A stretch of DNA of 64,000 bases. Source: Patescibacteria group bacterium (GTDB taxonomy: Bacteria > Patescibacteriota > Minisyncoccia > Phycocordibacterales > UBA918). Location of the stretch: contig JAIELQ010000006.1 of the NCBI GenBank assembly GCA_019752815.1, positions 1,577 through 65,576 on the forward strand. Direction: 5' to 3'. A program made the translations under genes and the position numbers. Of this stretch, positions 27,552 to 35,895 are shown piece by piece. Position 1 is the stretch's first letter; every line of letters begins with the position of its first letter. The notes below the pieces were generated by a model. That model made no database searches. It worked only from the letters and a program-made list of their open reading frames with translations, and was not told where the DNA came from.

Positions 27552-27953
27552 TTACTTTTCGGTGAGGGAGTTTTGTTTCTCGACTTGCCCAAGCCATCCG
27601 CCCAGCATTCGGCCGGTTTCATCAAGCGGCAAGGAAAGCAATTCGTATTTTTGCGTATCAATGGAACGAGTTTCCCAGAGAATGTTAAGGAGAATTTTTA
27701 TTGTATCAAGTTTACGGATAGCAGTCCGCAAATAAATAATTTTGTCAGCTTTTTTACAAAACTGGCACTTGCCACCATCTCGATTATCTCAATAAACAGG
27801 GTATCGATTTTGGGTGCGAGAGTATAGCGATGCGGTTTTTGGATGGTATGAAAAATACTGTACCAAAAAATGTACACCGTACGGATTTTTTGGATTACCG
27901 GCACCAAACTTGCTTGGAACCTTGCGGGGGGGGGTAGACTTAGGGGGAATCAT
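27552..27953 (-). pseudogene. avd: Avd-like four-helix-bundle accessory protein, frameshifted (possibly recoded)
   Basis: VPVIQKIRTVYIFW...HRYTL..KID.LF.EIIE in one frame. After a -1 shift at GTA AAA AAG it continues ADKIIYLRTAIRKLDTIKILL.ILWET...LDETGRMLGGW. Confidence 0.82.
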
Positions 27954-28965
27954 GAAAAAAGCTAAAAAATTGTTTGCAGGTAGTTTTGATAGTATCACAA
28001 CTATGGAAAATATTTTGATAGCCTGGCGAGCCTTCAAACGCGGTAAAACTAAAAAGTTAGACGTACAGGAATTTGAGCGAAATCTAATAGTGAATCTCCT
28101 TTCGCTCCACACAGATTTACAAAATGGTACTTACCGTCACGGTGGTTACCAGGCATTTAAAATTAATGACCCAAAACCACGTGACATTCATAAGGCGTTG
28201 GTGCGTGACCGAGTAGTACATCATCTATTGTATCTTAGTCTCGCACCATTTTTCTTTCAAATTTTTGTCACCGATTCTTATTCGTGTCAGCTAGGCAAGG
28301 GCACACATAAGGCTCTTAACAGGTTTAGGGAATTTTCAAATATCGTGGCAAAAAATAATACCAAACCATGTTTTGTTTTGAAGTGTGATATTAGAAAGTT
28401 TTTTGCCAGTATAGACCATGAGATATTACAGAGTATTTTGGAAATGAGACTTAATGATAAGCGCTTATTAGCTCTCATACGAGTGGTGGTAGAAAGTTTT
28501 AATAGTGGTGTGGAAGGGAAGGGTTTACCGTTGGGCAACCTAACTTCACAGTTACTGGTTAATATCTACATGCACGAGTTTGATATGTATATAAAACAAA
28601 CGCTTAAAATACCCTATTACATTCGGTACGCTGATGATTTTGTAATTTTTTCGGCAGATAAAGACGAGCTCCTAAAAACACTATCATATATGATAGTGTT
28701 TTTAGGAGATACATTGCGTCTCACAATGCATCCAGATAAAGTAGCTATAAGCATTCTTGCTTCAGGAGTTGATTTTCTAGGTTGGGTTCATTTTCCAAAT
28801 CAGCGGGTGTTGCGGACGGTGACCAAAAAGCGGTTATTTAGAAAATTGGCTAGTAGTAACTTTGATCAAACAGTCGTACAGTCATATTTCGGCTTATTAC
28901 AACATGGCGATACTTACAAATTACTGATGGAAATCCGCGATAGTTTGCAGGATAATCATAATTAG
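27952..28965 (+). CDS. DGR-type reverse transcriptase
   Basis: PKPR.I, RDRVVHH, KCDIRKFF.SIDH, GLPLGNLTSQ (DGR-type GxxxSQ), YIRYADDF, GVDFLG. Confidence 0.95.
   Translation: MKKAKKLFAGSFDSITTMENILIAWRAFKRGKTKKLDVQEFERNLIVNLLSLHTDLQNGTYRHGGYQAFKINDPKPRDIHKALVRDRVVHHLLYLSLAPFFFQIFVTDSYSCQLGKGTHKALNRFREFSNIVAKNNTKPCFVLKCDIRKFFASIDHEILQSILEMRLNDKRLLALIRVVVESFNSGVEGKGLPLGNLTSQLLVNIYMHEFDMYIKQTLKIPYYIRYADDFVIFSADKDELLKTLSYMIVFLGDTLRLTMHPDKVAISILASGVDFLGWVHFPNQRVLRTVTKKRLFRKLASSNFDQTVVQSYFGLLQHGDTYKLLMEIRDSLQDNHN
28921..28948 (+). repeat. right 28-bp direct repeat (RT 3' end)
   Basis: Identical to 26173-26200, encodes LLMEIRDSL in both genes. Confidence 0.95.
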
Positions 28966-28987
28966 AAAGACTGGGTAGTTTTCCGGT

Positions 28988-29013
28988 AAAAACGGCGCCG
29001 TCGGCGCCGTTTT
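28988..29013 (+). terminator. intrinsic terminator after the RT/right repeat
   Basis: AAAACGGCGCCG-T-CGGCGCCGTTTT. Confidence 0.7.
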
Positions 29014-29357
29014 GGTACCTTGTGTGATCAGCTATCAACGGATGCTCTTCCCAAAACCAAAAAAAGTTTTGGAGTACGAAGACCTGATTAGTTATCCCCA
29101 TTCTTTTGCACGGGTGGTATTTGGCCGGCCTTACTTTAAGCCATATCTGCACGCCATAGCCGTTTTTTACATTTGTACTGAAACCGTTTATTATAGTGCT
29201 ATCACCGCGTCTCCACCGCGATGTGTGTCGGAGGTCAGGACACGCAGCGTTACGTTTTAAAAACGTACCTGAGCCCAGTCTCATAAACTGGGCAGTCTTT
29301 ACCTCACCTTGTAGTCGCGCACATGTATTTATTAAAATAGATTGAACACTTAAGTAT

Positions 29358-30671
29358 ATGCAAATTAAAAACATTAAAAAGCGTGATGGATCACTACAGT
29401 CCTTCGATATTGTGAAAATCGAACACGCCATTTTAATGGCCCTAAAAGAAACTGGCGAGGGAAGTGAAGTTGATGCAGAAAAAGTAGCCGAGAAAGTACA
29501 CCAAAACACCGTCTCAATGTGTGTACAGGCTGGTACGGCAGAAGCTTCAGATCCACAGTCACAAAAATGTGTGAACGGGTACCCAACCGTCGAAGAGGTG
29601 CAAGATATCGTCGAAGCGTCGCTCATGGAGCTGGGGTATTTTGAAACTGCCAAAGCGTACATCATTTACCGAAATGAACGCAAAAAAATGCGAGAACCGG
29701 ATATTTTCCGCAAGCGTCCAAACCTCAAGCCGTACGAATACCCGGAATTGTATGAATACGTTGATGCGGTTCGTCACTCGTACTGGGTACACACTGAATT
29801 CAATTTCACGGGGGACGTACAGAACTTTCACGTAAACGTTAATGACGTTGAACGCAGTGCTATCAAAAACACCATGTTGGCGATTGCACAAATTGAAGTA
29901 GCAGTAAAAAGTTTCTGGGGAGACATCTACAAAAAAATGCCAAAAGCCGAGATCGGGGCAGTAGGGGCAACATTTGCTGAATCCGAAGTACGTCACACCG
30001 ATGCGTATTCACACCTATTGGAAATCCTCGGGCTCAATAATGAGTTCACCAAAATCAAAAAGATTCCGGTCATTCAAGAACGAATGAACTATTTGGAACG
30101 AGTAGTGGAACTGTCAAAGACAAATGAAAACAAAGAATATGCCCAAGCGGTAATGTTGTTCTCGTTATTTGTTGAACACGTCTCTCTCTTCTCACAGTTC
30201 TTGATCATGATGTCATTTAACAAACATAAAAATTTGTTCAAGGGTATCAGTAATGCGGTAGAGGCCACTTCAAAAGAAGAAAACCTGCACGGTATGTTTG
30301 GTATTGATGTGATTAACATCATTAAAAAAGAGCACCCAGAATGGTTTGATGCTGAAGCTAAAAACCGTATCCTTACCGCGTGTGAAGAAGCGTTTGCTGC
30401 CGAGAGTAAAGTTATTGATTGGATCTTTGAGGCCGGAGAGCTTGATTTCTTGCCCGCAGCTAACGTGAAGGAGTTTGTAAAGCACCGCTTTAACAACTCA
30501 CTAGCGTCTATTGGAATGGAACGATTGTTTGATGTTAACCCAGTTTTGCTTGAAGAAACTGATTGGTTTGATAATGAAGTTATTGCAACCAAGCACGTTG
30601 ATTTCTTTGATAAACGTTCTATTAACTACAACAAACGATCAGCGAGTGTAACGAGTGAAGATTTGTTCTAA
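29358..30671 (+). CDS. nrdB: class I ribonucleotide reductase beta subunit with N-terminal ATP-cone
   Basis: IKKRDG....FD..KI..AI / VEEVQD.VE..L ATP-cone. AQIE, ESEVRH..AY, FVEH.SLFSQF, KEE.LH ferritin-like ligands. Confidence 0.92.
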   Translation: MQIKNIKKRDGSLQSFDIVKIEHAILMALKETGEGSEVDAEKVAEKVHQNTVSMCVQAGTAEASDPQSQKCVNGYPTVEEVQDIVEASLMELGYFETAKAYIIYRNERKKMREPDIFRKRPNLKPYEYPELYEYVDAVRHSYWVHTEFNFTGDVQNFHVNVNDVERSAIKNTMLAIAQIEVAVKSFWGDIYKKMPKAEIGAVGATFAESEVRHTDAYSHLLEILGLNNEFTKIKKIPVIQERMNYLERVVELSKTNENKEYAQAVMLFSLFVEHVSLFSQFLIMMSFNKHKNLFKGISNAVEATSKEENLHGMFGIDVINIIKKEHPEWFDAEAKNRILTACEEAFAAESKVIDWIFEAGELDFLPAANVKEFVKHRFNNSLASIGMERLFDVNPVLLEETDWFDNEVIATKHVDFFDKRSINYNKRSASVTSEDLF

Positions 30672-30728
30672 GGGGTGGAAGGGGAGTCGCATTCTTTATT
30701 ATTCTGCATTTAAACCATTGATGATTGT

Positions 30729-32426
30729 ATGGCTACTCAAAATAAACCATGGGACTGGGTGAACGATAATACACGAGCGTTTATGGCGCGCGGGTATCTG
30801 GTAGAAGGACAGACAACCGAAGAACGGGTGCGGGCCATCGGCGAATTTGCAGAGAACATCCTTGGTCAAAAAGGCTTTGCGGATAAGTTTGAGAAATACA
30901 TGAGTCTTGGATGGATCTCACTCGCCACTCCAGTGTGGGCCAACTTTGGTCTTAAGCGGGGCTTGCCAATTAGTTGCTTCGGTTCGTTTGTGGCTGATGA
31001 CATGGCGAACATTCTCCATACCCAAGGAGAAGTGGGGATGATGAGTAAGTACGGGGGAGGATGTTCAGCCTATTTTGGCGCTTTGCGTGGTCGCGGAAGT
31101 GAAATTACCCAGAACGGCTACTCGTCAGGCCCGGTGCACTTCATGCAGTTGTTTGAAAAAATCTTGGATGTAGTGAGTCAAGGTGCAACCCGTCGCGGTG
31201 TGTTCGCGGCGTACTTGCCGGTTGAGCACCCCGACATTTTAGAGTTTCTCGATATCGGAGCGGAGGGAAATCCTATCCAAAAAATAAATCACGCGGTGAC
31301 GGTAACAGATGCGTGGATGCAGTCCATGATTGATGGTGATGAAGAGAAGCGAAAAATCTGGGCTAAAATCATCCAACGACGTGGCGAAATTGGGTACCCG
31401 TACATCATGTTTATTGATAATGCGAACAACGCCCGCCCGCAGGTATACAAAGATAAAGAACTCCCAATCTATGCCAGTAACGTTTGTAGTGAAATCATGT
31501 TGCCGAGTAACGCAGATTGGTCATTTGTGTGCTGTTTGTCATCAATCAACCTCCTCCACTACGATGAGTGGAAAGATACTGACTTAGTCGAGACAATGAC
31601 GTACTTCCTTGAGGCAGTCATGACTGACTTCATTAATAAACTCGAAGCCATGCGCGACTCAGAATTTGCCGACAAACGGTTGGCCTTTAAGTTTATGGAG
31701 CGACCATACAATTTTGCCAAAGCCAACCGTGCCTTGGGCTTGGGCGTACTCGGATACCACTCACTCTTGCAGAGTAAGGGCCTCGCATTTGAAAGTGGTG
31801 AAGCTGACGCCATCAACAAAGAAGTCTTTAAAATTATTCAAGAACGATCACTTAAAGCATCAGAAGAAATGGCTAAAGAGTTTGGTGAGCCGGAAGTTCT
31901 TAAGGGATATGGCCGACGTCACACCACAACAATGGCGATTGCTCCGACGACTTCATCAGCCTTTATCTTAGGTCAGGTATCACAGGGAATTGAACCAATT
32001 TGGAGTAACTGCTACATCAAAGACGTCGCCAAGATGAAAGTCGTTATCAAAAACCCGATGCTCACAACGTTGCTTGCCGAAAAAGGGAAGGACACTAAGG
32101 ATGTTTGGGATAGTATTCGCGACGCCGATGGTTCAGTCCAGCACTTAGATTTCCTCACTGATGATGAAAAAGCCGTCTTCCGAACATTCGCTGAAATTGA
32201 TCAAACCAAAGTCATTGAACAAGCAGCCGACCGTCAACAGTATATCGACCAAGGCCAGTCACTTAACGTCATGGTGGCACCTGACACGCCAGTTAAAGAC
32301 ATTAACCGTCTCTACCTCCAGGCGTGGAAGCAGGGTTGTAAAGCGCTCTACTACCAACACAGTATGAACGCTGCCCAGCAGCTCACCCGCAAGAAGATTG
32401 CCGAGCGAAATGCTACGAAGGAATAA
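30729..32426 (+). CDS. nrdA: class I ribonucleotide reductase alpha subunit, lacking an ATP-cone
   Basis: PISCF, SNVCSEI, AIAPT.SS, Q.YIDQGQSLN, K.LYY. Confidence 0.93.
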   Translation: MATQNKPWDWVNDNTRAFMARGYLVEGQTTEERVRAIGEFAENILGQKGFADKFEKYMSLGWISLATPVWANFGLKRGLPISCFGSFVADDMANILHTQGEVGMMSKYGGGCSAYFGALRGRGSEITQNGYSSGPVHFMQLFEKILDVVSQGATRRGVFAAYLPVEHPDILEFLDIGAEGNPIQKINHAVTVTDAWMQSMIDGDEEKRKIWAKIIQRRGEIGYPYIMFIDNANNARPQVYKDKELPIYASNVCSEIMLPSNADWSFVCCLSSINLLHYDEWKDTDLVETMTYFLEAVMTDFINKLEAMRDSEFADKRLAFKFMERPYNFAKANRALGLGVLGYHSLLQSKGLAFESGEADAINKEVFKIIQERSLKASEEMAKEFGEPEVLKGYGRRHTTTMAIAPTTSSAFILGQVSQGIEPIWSNCYIKDVAKMKVVIKNPMLTTLLAEKGKDTKDVWDSIRDADGSVQHLDFLTDDEKAVFRTFAEIDQTKVIEQAADRQQYIDQGQSLNVMVAPDTPVKDINRLYLQAWKQGCKALYYQHSMNAAQQLTRKKIAERNATKE

Positions 32427-32542
32427 GTTAAAAAACCCGTACTCACAGTGCGGGTTTTTTAATACTGTGGTGAGTTACCCCCAAACCCCTGGTGATATGT
32501 GCTCCAGCCTCCACGTACAATCGTGTATGATAGAGATAAGAG

Positions 32543-32608
32543 AAAAAGCGGTCTTAAGCAGGGGCTACGTTTCGCGACGACATAGCCCCCGCTTAGTACC
32601 GCTTTTTT
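32543..32608. other. long imperfect intergenic hairpin
   Basis: AAAAAGCGGT..AAGC.GGGGCTA...TAGCCCC.GCTT..ACCGCTTTTT. Confidence 0.5.
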
Positions 32609-32768
32609 GTTTGCGATTAGCGGTAGTCCAGTGTCGCTCAAAATGTTGAGTGGTGTGCTCAGCTATACCATTAAGGAACGATAGGTCCACGCCTGCTCAA
32701 AGAATTATCGAAGCGCGCCTTGACTGACTTACTTTTGAAGTAATGGCGAGCTTGGTATACTAGTTTGT

Positions 32769-33719
32769 ATGCGATTACAATTCCCAGTGGCACTCCTCGC
32801 TGCCGCCGTATTCTCTGGCTGGTATTTTTATAGTGAAGCGCATCCGTGCATTTTCCCATTGCCGTATACTATTGGCGCGATTGATGAGCGTTTTAAGCTT
32901 GATGCCGCTACCGTTAGAAAAATTACCGAGGAAGCAGAAACAGTTTGGGAAGAAGCTTTGGGACGTCAGCTATTTACCTATGATGAGGCGGCGGATTTTA
33001 GGGTTGATTTTACCTATGACGATAGGCAAGCACGTAGTGAATCAGCTGAGGCGCAAAAGGCAGAGCTCGATGAAAAACAAAATGTCAGTAAATCAATTAA
33101 TGAAGAATACACCGAACTTCTCGCAGAATATGATGAATTAAAAGATACGTATGAGGCAAAAGTAGCTGCGTATAACGAACGTTTAGAAAAATTTAACACG
33201 ACAGTTGCATCATATAATCAAAACGGGGGAGCTCCGGAGGAAGAGTATCAAAAGCTACAACAAACAGAGCGCAGTTTAAAAAACGAGGAATCAGCTCTTG
33301 AAGGTGAAGCTGAAAAATTATCTACCCTCGCTAAAAATATTAACGACGTGAGTGCGCGTGGGAATGACATCATTTCAGAATACAACGAAGGAGTGTCCGA
33401 GTATAACCAAACCTATACCGGCGGGGAGGAGTTTACCCAGGGTGAATATAATGGAGATGCCATTACCATCTACCACTTTAAAGACCAAACCGAGCTTAGA
33501 AACGTACTTATTCATGAATTCGGGCACGCTATTGGGCTCCCGCACGTTGAAGGGGGGGAGTCCATCATGTATTATTTAATGGATAAGCAACCAGCTACTT
33601 CAGAACTATCAGAAAGTGACTTGGCTGCTTTAGGAAAAGTGTGCAAACCAAATGACAGTGTAAGCACACGTTTCCATCAGTTTTTCAGTTCACTTTTTAA
33701 CAAATTACATTTAATCTAA
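32769..33719 (+). CDS. matrixin-family zinc metalloprotease with coiled-coil insert
   Basis: HEFGHAIGLPH plus SIM Met-turn, signal/TM. Confidence 0.88.
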   Translation: MRLQFPVALLAAAVFSGWYFYSEAHPCIFPLPYTIGAIDERFKLDAATVRKITEEAETVWEEALGRQLFTYDEAADFRVDFTYDDRQARSESAEAQKAELDEKQNVSKSINEEYTELLAEYDELKDTYEAKVAAYNERLEKFNTTVASYNQNGGAPEEEYQKLQQTERSLKNEESALEGEAEKLSTLAKNINDVSARGNDIISEYNEGVSEYNQTYTGGEEFTQGEYNGDAITIYHFKDQTELRNVLIHEFGHAIGLPHVEGGESIMYYLMDKQPATSELSESDLAALGKVCKPNDSVSTRFHQFFSSLFNKLHLI

Positions 33720-33728
33720 AAAAAATAT

Positions 33729-34514
33729 ATGTCAGAAATTTTAAATTCAAAATTGAATCAGCTCCTCATCACACTGGTGCTGGTTGGTTTTGTAGTGGCT
33801 CTTGGTTCATACGCTTTTGTGACACTTAAACAACAAGCGCAATGGGGTGGTCCAACTACCATTAATGTGTCGGGTACGGGGGAGGTAATGGCCACACCAG
33901 ATATTGCCCAGTTCTCATTTAGTGTCCGGGGTGAAGGCGCAGATGCAGCTGCCGCACAAGCTAAATCAGCCGAAGTCATTAATGCAGTGACGGCATATCT
34001 CAAAGAAAATGGTATCGAAGATAAAGATATCAAAACTGAAGGCTATAACATGAATCCGAAATACAAGTTTGAACAAAAACCATGTCTCATCGGCTCGTAC
34101 TGTCCACCGGGAGAACAAATTCCTGATGGGTTTGAGGTGTACCAAACTATTACCGTAAAAGTTCGAGTAATTGATAAAGCGGGCACACTCTTATCAGGTA
34201 TCGGTGATAAAGGAGCGACTGATATTTCTGGACTCACCTTTACCATCGATGATGATGAGGCTCTCAAAGATGAAGCACGCAAGCTCGCCATCGAGGATGC
34301 ACAAGCTCAAGCCGAAATTCTAGCTGATAGTTTGGACGTGAAGATTGTAAAAATGATCAGTTACTACGAAGATAGTCCAATGGAACCTATGTATGGTGGT
34401 GGCATGATGGGTGTGCCGATGTCAGCCAAAGCAGAAATGGCACCAACCCCAAATATTCCAACGGGGGAGAATAAGACTGTGAGTAACGTCACAATTACCT
34501 ACGAAGTCAAATAA
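33729..34514 (+). CDS. SIMPL (DUF541) domain protein
   Basis: I.VSG.GEV.ATPDIA, GI..KDIKT, AR..AI.DA...A..LA..L.V. Confidence 0.9.
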   Translation: MSEILNSKLNQLLITLVLVGFVVALGSYAFVTLKQQAQWGGPTTINVSGTGEVMATPDIAQFSFSVRGEGADAAAAQAKSAEVINAVTAYLKENGIEDKDIKTEGYNMNPKYKFEQKPCLIGSYCPPGEQIPDGFEVYQTITVKVRVIDKAGTLLSGIGDKGATDISGLTFTIDDDEALKDEARKLAIEDAQAQAEILADSLDVKIVKMISYYEDSPMEPMYGGGMMGVPMSAKAEMAPTPNIPTGENKTVSNVTITYEVK

Positions 34515-34608
34515 AAACGTATAAATCGGCGATTCGCGTTGTATCTAGATACACCGTACGCTCGTTCGGTCATGCAAAAGTAAACTTTTGCGCGACTCTC
34601 ACTCGCTA

Positions 34609-34760
34609 CGTTGTCGCTACGTAATTTTGTTCAGTCACTGTACAGATGTACAGCTTCCTCTCAAAATTACTAGGCTCCTAGCGACTCATCCAATTTCTAC
34701 ATTTTTATGGGTAGATTAGGAAGTTAGAAAACACCCCAGGCTGTGCCTGGGGTGTTTTCT
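34609..34760. repeat. palindromic intergenic repeat, family 2 copy 1, with terminator-like IR
   Basis: GTCGCTAC-GTAATTTTG-TTCAGTCA..CAAAATTAC-TAGGCT, paralleled at 35641-35800. Confidence 0.65.
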
Positions 34761-34882
34761 GGTATTTCTACTTTTTTCTATTCAATGTCCCATTTTCTAG
34801 TGGCTTTGACACTTCTGGAATACAGGTGTATAGTTGAAGTAATTCGCCCTGGAGGCGTTTTTATTTTGGTTAATTATTTATC

Positions 34883-35071
34883 ATGCAACAACTCACCCAA
34901 TATTTCCGCGACACCATCGCTGAAATGAAACAAGTAAAGTGGCCAACCCAAAACCAAGCGCTTATTTACACCGCCCTGATTATTTTCGTGTGTATTGTTG
35001 TCGCGTTGTTTGTCAGTATGTTCGACTTTATCTTTGCCTCAGGCATCGACTTTATTATTAACCGCTTCTAG
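34883..35071 (+). CDS. secE: preprotein translocase SecE
   Basis: EMKQVKWPT, TM helix, precedes nusG. Confidence 0.93.
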   Translation: MQQLTQYFRDTIAEMKQVKWPTQNQALIYTALIIFVCIVVALFVSMFDFIFASGIDFIINRF

Positions 35072-35076
35072 TATCT

Positions 35077-35622
35077 ATGGCCAAACAACAATTCACTGGT
35101 GAACGTCACTGGTATGCAATTCATACGTATTCTGGATACGAAAATGCGGTAGCTCGAAATCTCAAGCAACGTATCGACTCACTCAACATGACTGAGAAAA
35201 TTTTTAACGTGGTAGTGCCATCAGAAAAGAAAATTCGAGTAAAAGGTGGTAAGCGAGTAACCGAAGAAGAAAATCTATTCCCCGGGTACGTGCTCGTTGA
35301 AATGGTGGTAGATGATGAATCATGGTACGTCGTACGAAACACGCCTCGCGTAACTGGATTCGTGGGTAGTGGGACTCAACCAGTTCCATTGTCAGAAGCC
35401 GAATACAAAGCCCTCCTCAGCCAAATGAGTGACGATTCAGTCACGCACAAGGTAGATCTCTCAGCCGGAGACCTAGTGATGATTACAGATGGTCCATTTA
35501 AGGAACTCGAAGGGAAGGTGAGTGATGTTGATGAGAAGTCAGGAAAGGTCAAAGTGTTGGTAGCGATGTTTGGGCGGGAGACTCCAGTCGAGCTCGACTT
35601 CCTCCAAATCAAAAAAGTATAA
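35077..35622 (+). CDS. nusG: transcription factor NusG
   Basis: WYAIHTYSGYE, FPGYVLVEM, VRNTPRVTGFVG, FGRETPVELDF. Confidence 0.97.
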   Translation: MAKQQFTGERHWYAIHTYSGYENAVARNLKQRIDSLNMTEKIFNVVVPSEKKIRVKGGKRVTEEENLFPGYVLVEMVVDDESWYVVRNTPRVTGFVGSGTQPVPLSEAEYKALLSQMSDDSVTHKVDLSAGDLVMITDGPFKELEGKVSDVDEKSGKVKVLVAMFGRETPVELDFLQIKKV

Positions 35623-35640
35623 AACTCCTAAAATGGGCGG

Positions 35641-35800
35641 CTTGCTTTGTCGCTACGAGTTTTTGTTCGGTCAATGTAGCAATCACTACATTTCTCTCAC
35701 AAAAACTCTAGGCTTCGCGCAATCCATCCCATTTAAGAAGTTTTAGTGAGCTGACAAATATAAAGAAAACACCCCCAAGCTATGCTTGGGGGTGTTTTCT
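35641..35800. repeat. palindromic intergenic repeat, family 2 copy 2
   Basis: GTCGCTAC-GAGTTTTTG-TTCGGTCA..CAAAAACTC-TAGGCT and AAAACACCCCCAAGC/GCTTGGGGGTGTTTT. Confidence 0.65.
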
Positions 35801-35806
35801 TGCGCT

Positions 35807-35850
35807 CGTCTTTGCGAGGAATGAAGCGAAGCGAAATGACGTGGCAATCC
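35807..35850 (+). repeat. RPE-like short palindromic element
   Basis: CGTCTTTGCGAGGAATGAAGCGAAGCGAAATGACGTGGCAATCC resembles the widespread GTCATTGCGAG...GCAATC element. Confidence 0.5.
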
Positions 35851-35895
35851 AGAGTGATACATGAATATGACCCGCTGGATCACATCCATAACGGG

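Larger units (their letters stand above)
26173..28948 (+). mobile_element. diversity-generating retroelement cassette bounded by a 28-bp direct repeat
   Basis: Target/VR, TR, Avd and RT lie between identical TTACTGATGGAAATCCGCGATAGTTTGC at 26173-26200 and 28921-28948. Confidence 0.9.

Noticed and set aside
27344-27565. ORF translating the TR (…ALRVVNVNRNDGKWNVNCNPFNPDNVWNTGNQVFRN…) as a second target gene
   Set aside because: The Asn-rich frame is the expected by-product of AAC codons in a TR. There is no homology to the target outside the 111-bp repeat.
26173-28948. Prophage or IS carrying the DGR
   Set aside because: No structural, integrase or transposase ORF lies within or beside the repeats, and the flanks are housekeeping genes.
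27814-28965. RT as a group II intron, retron or CRISPR-associated RT
   Set aside because: It is short, has the GxxxSQ motif rather than QG, has no maturase/endonuclease extension or cas genes, and sits beside a TR/VR pair and Avd.
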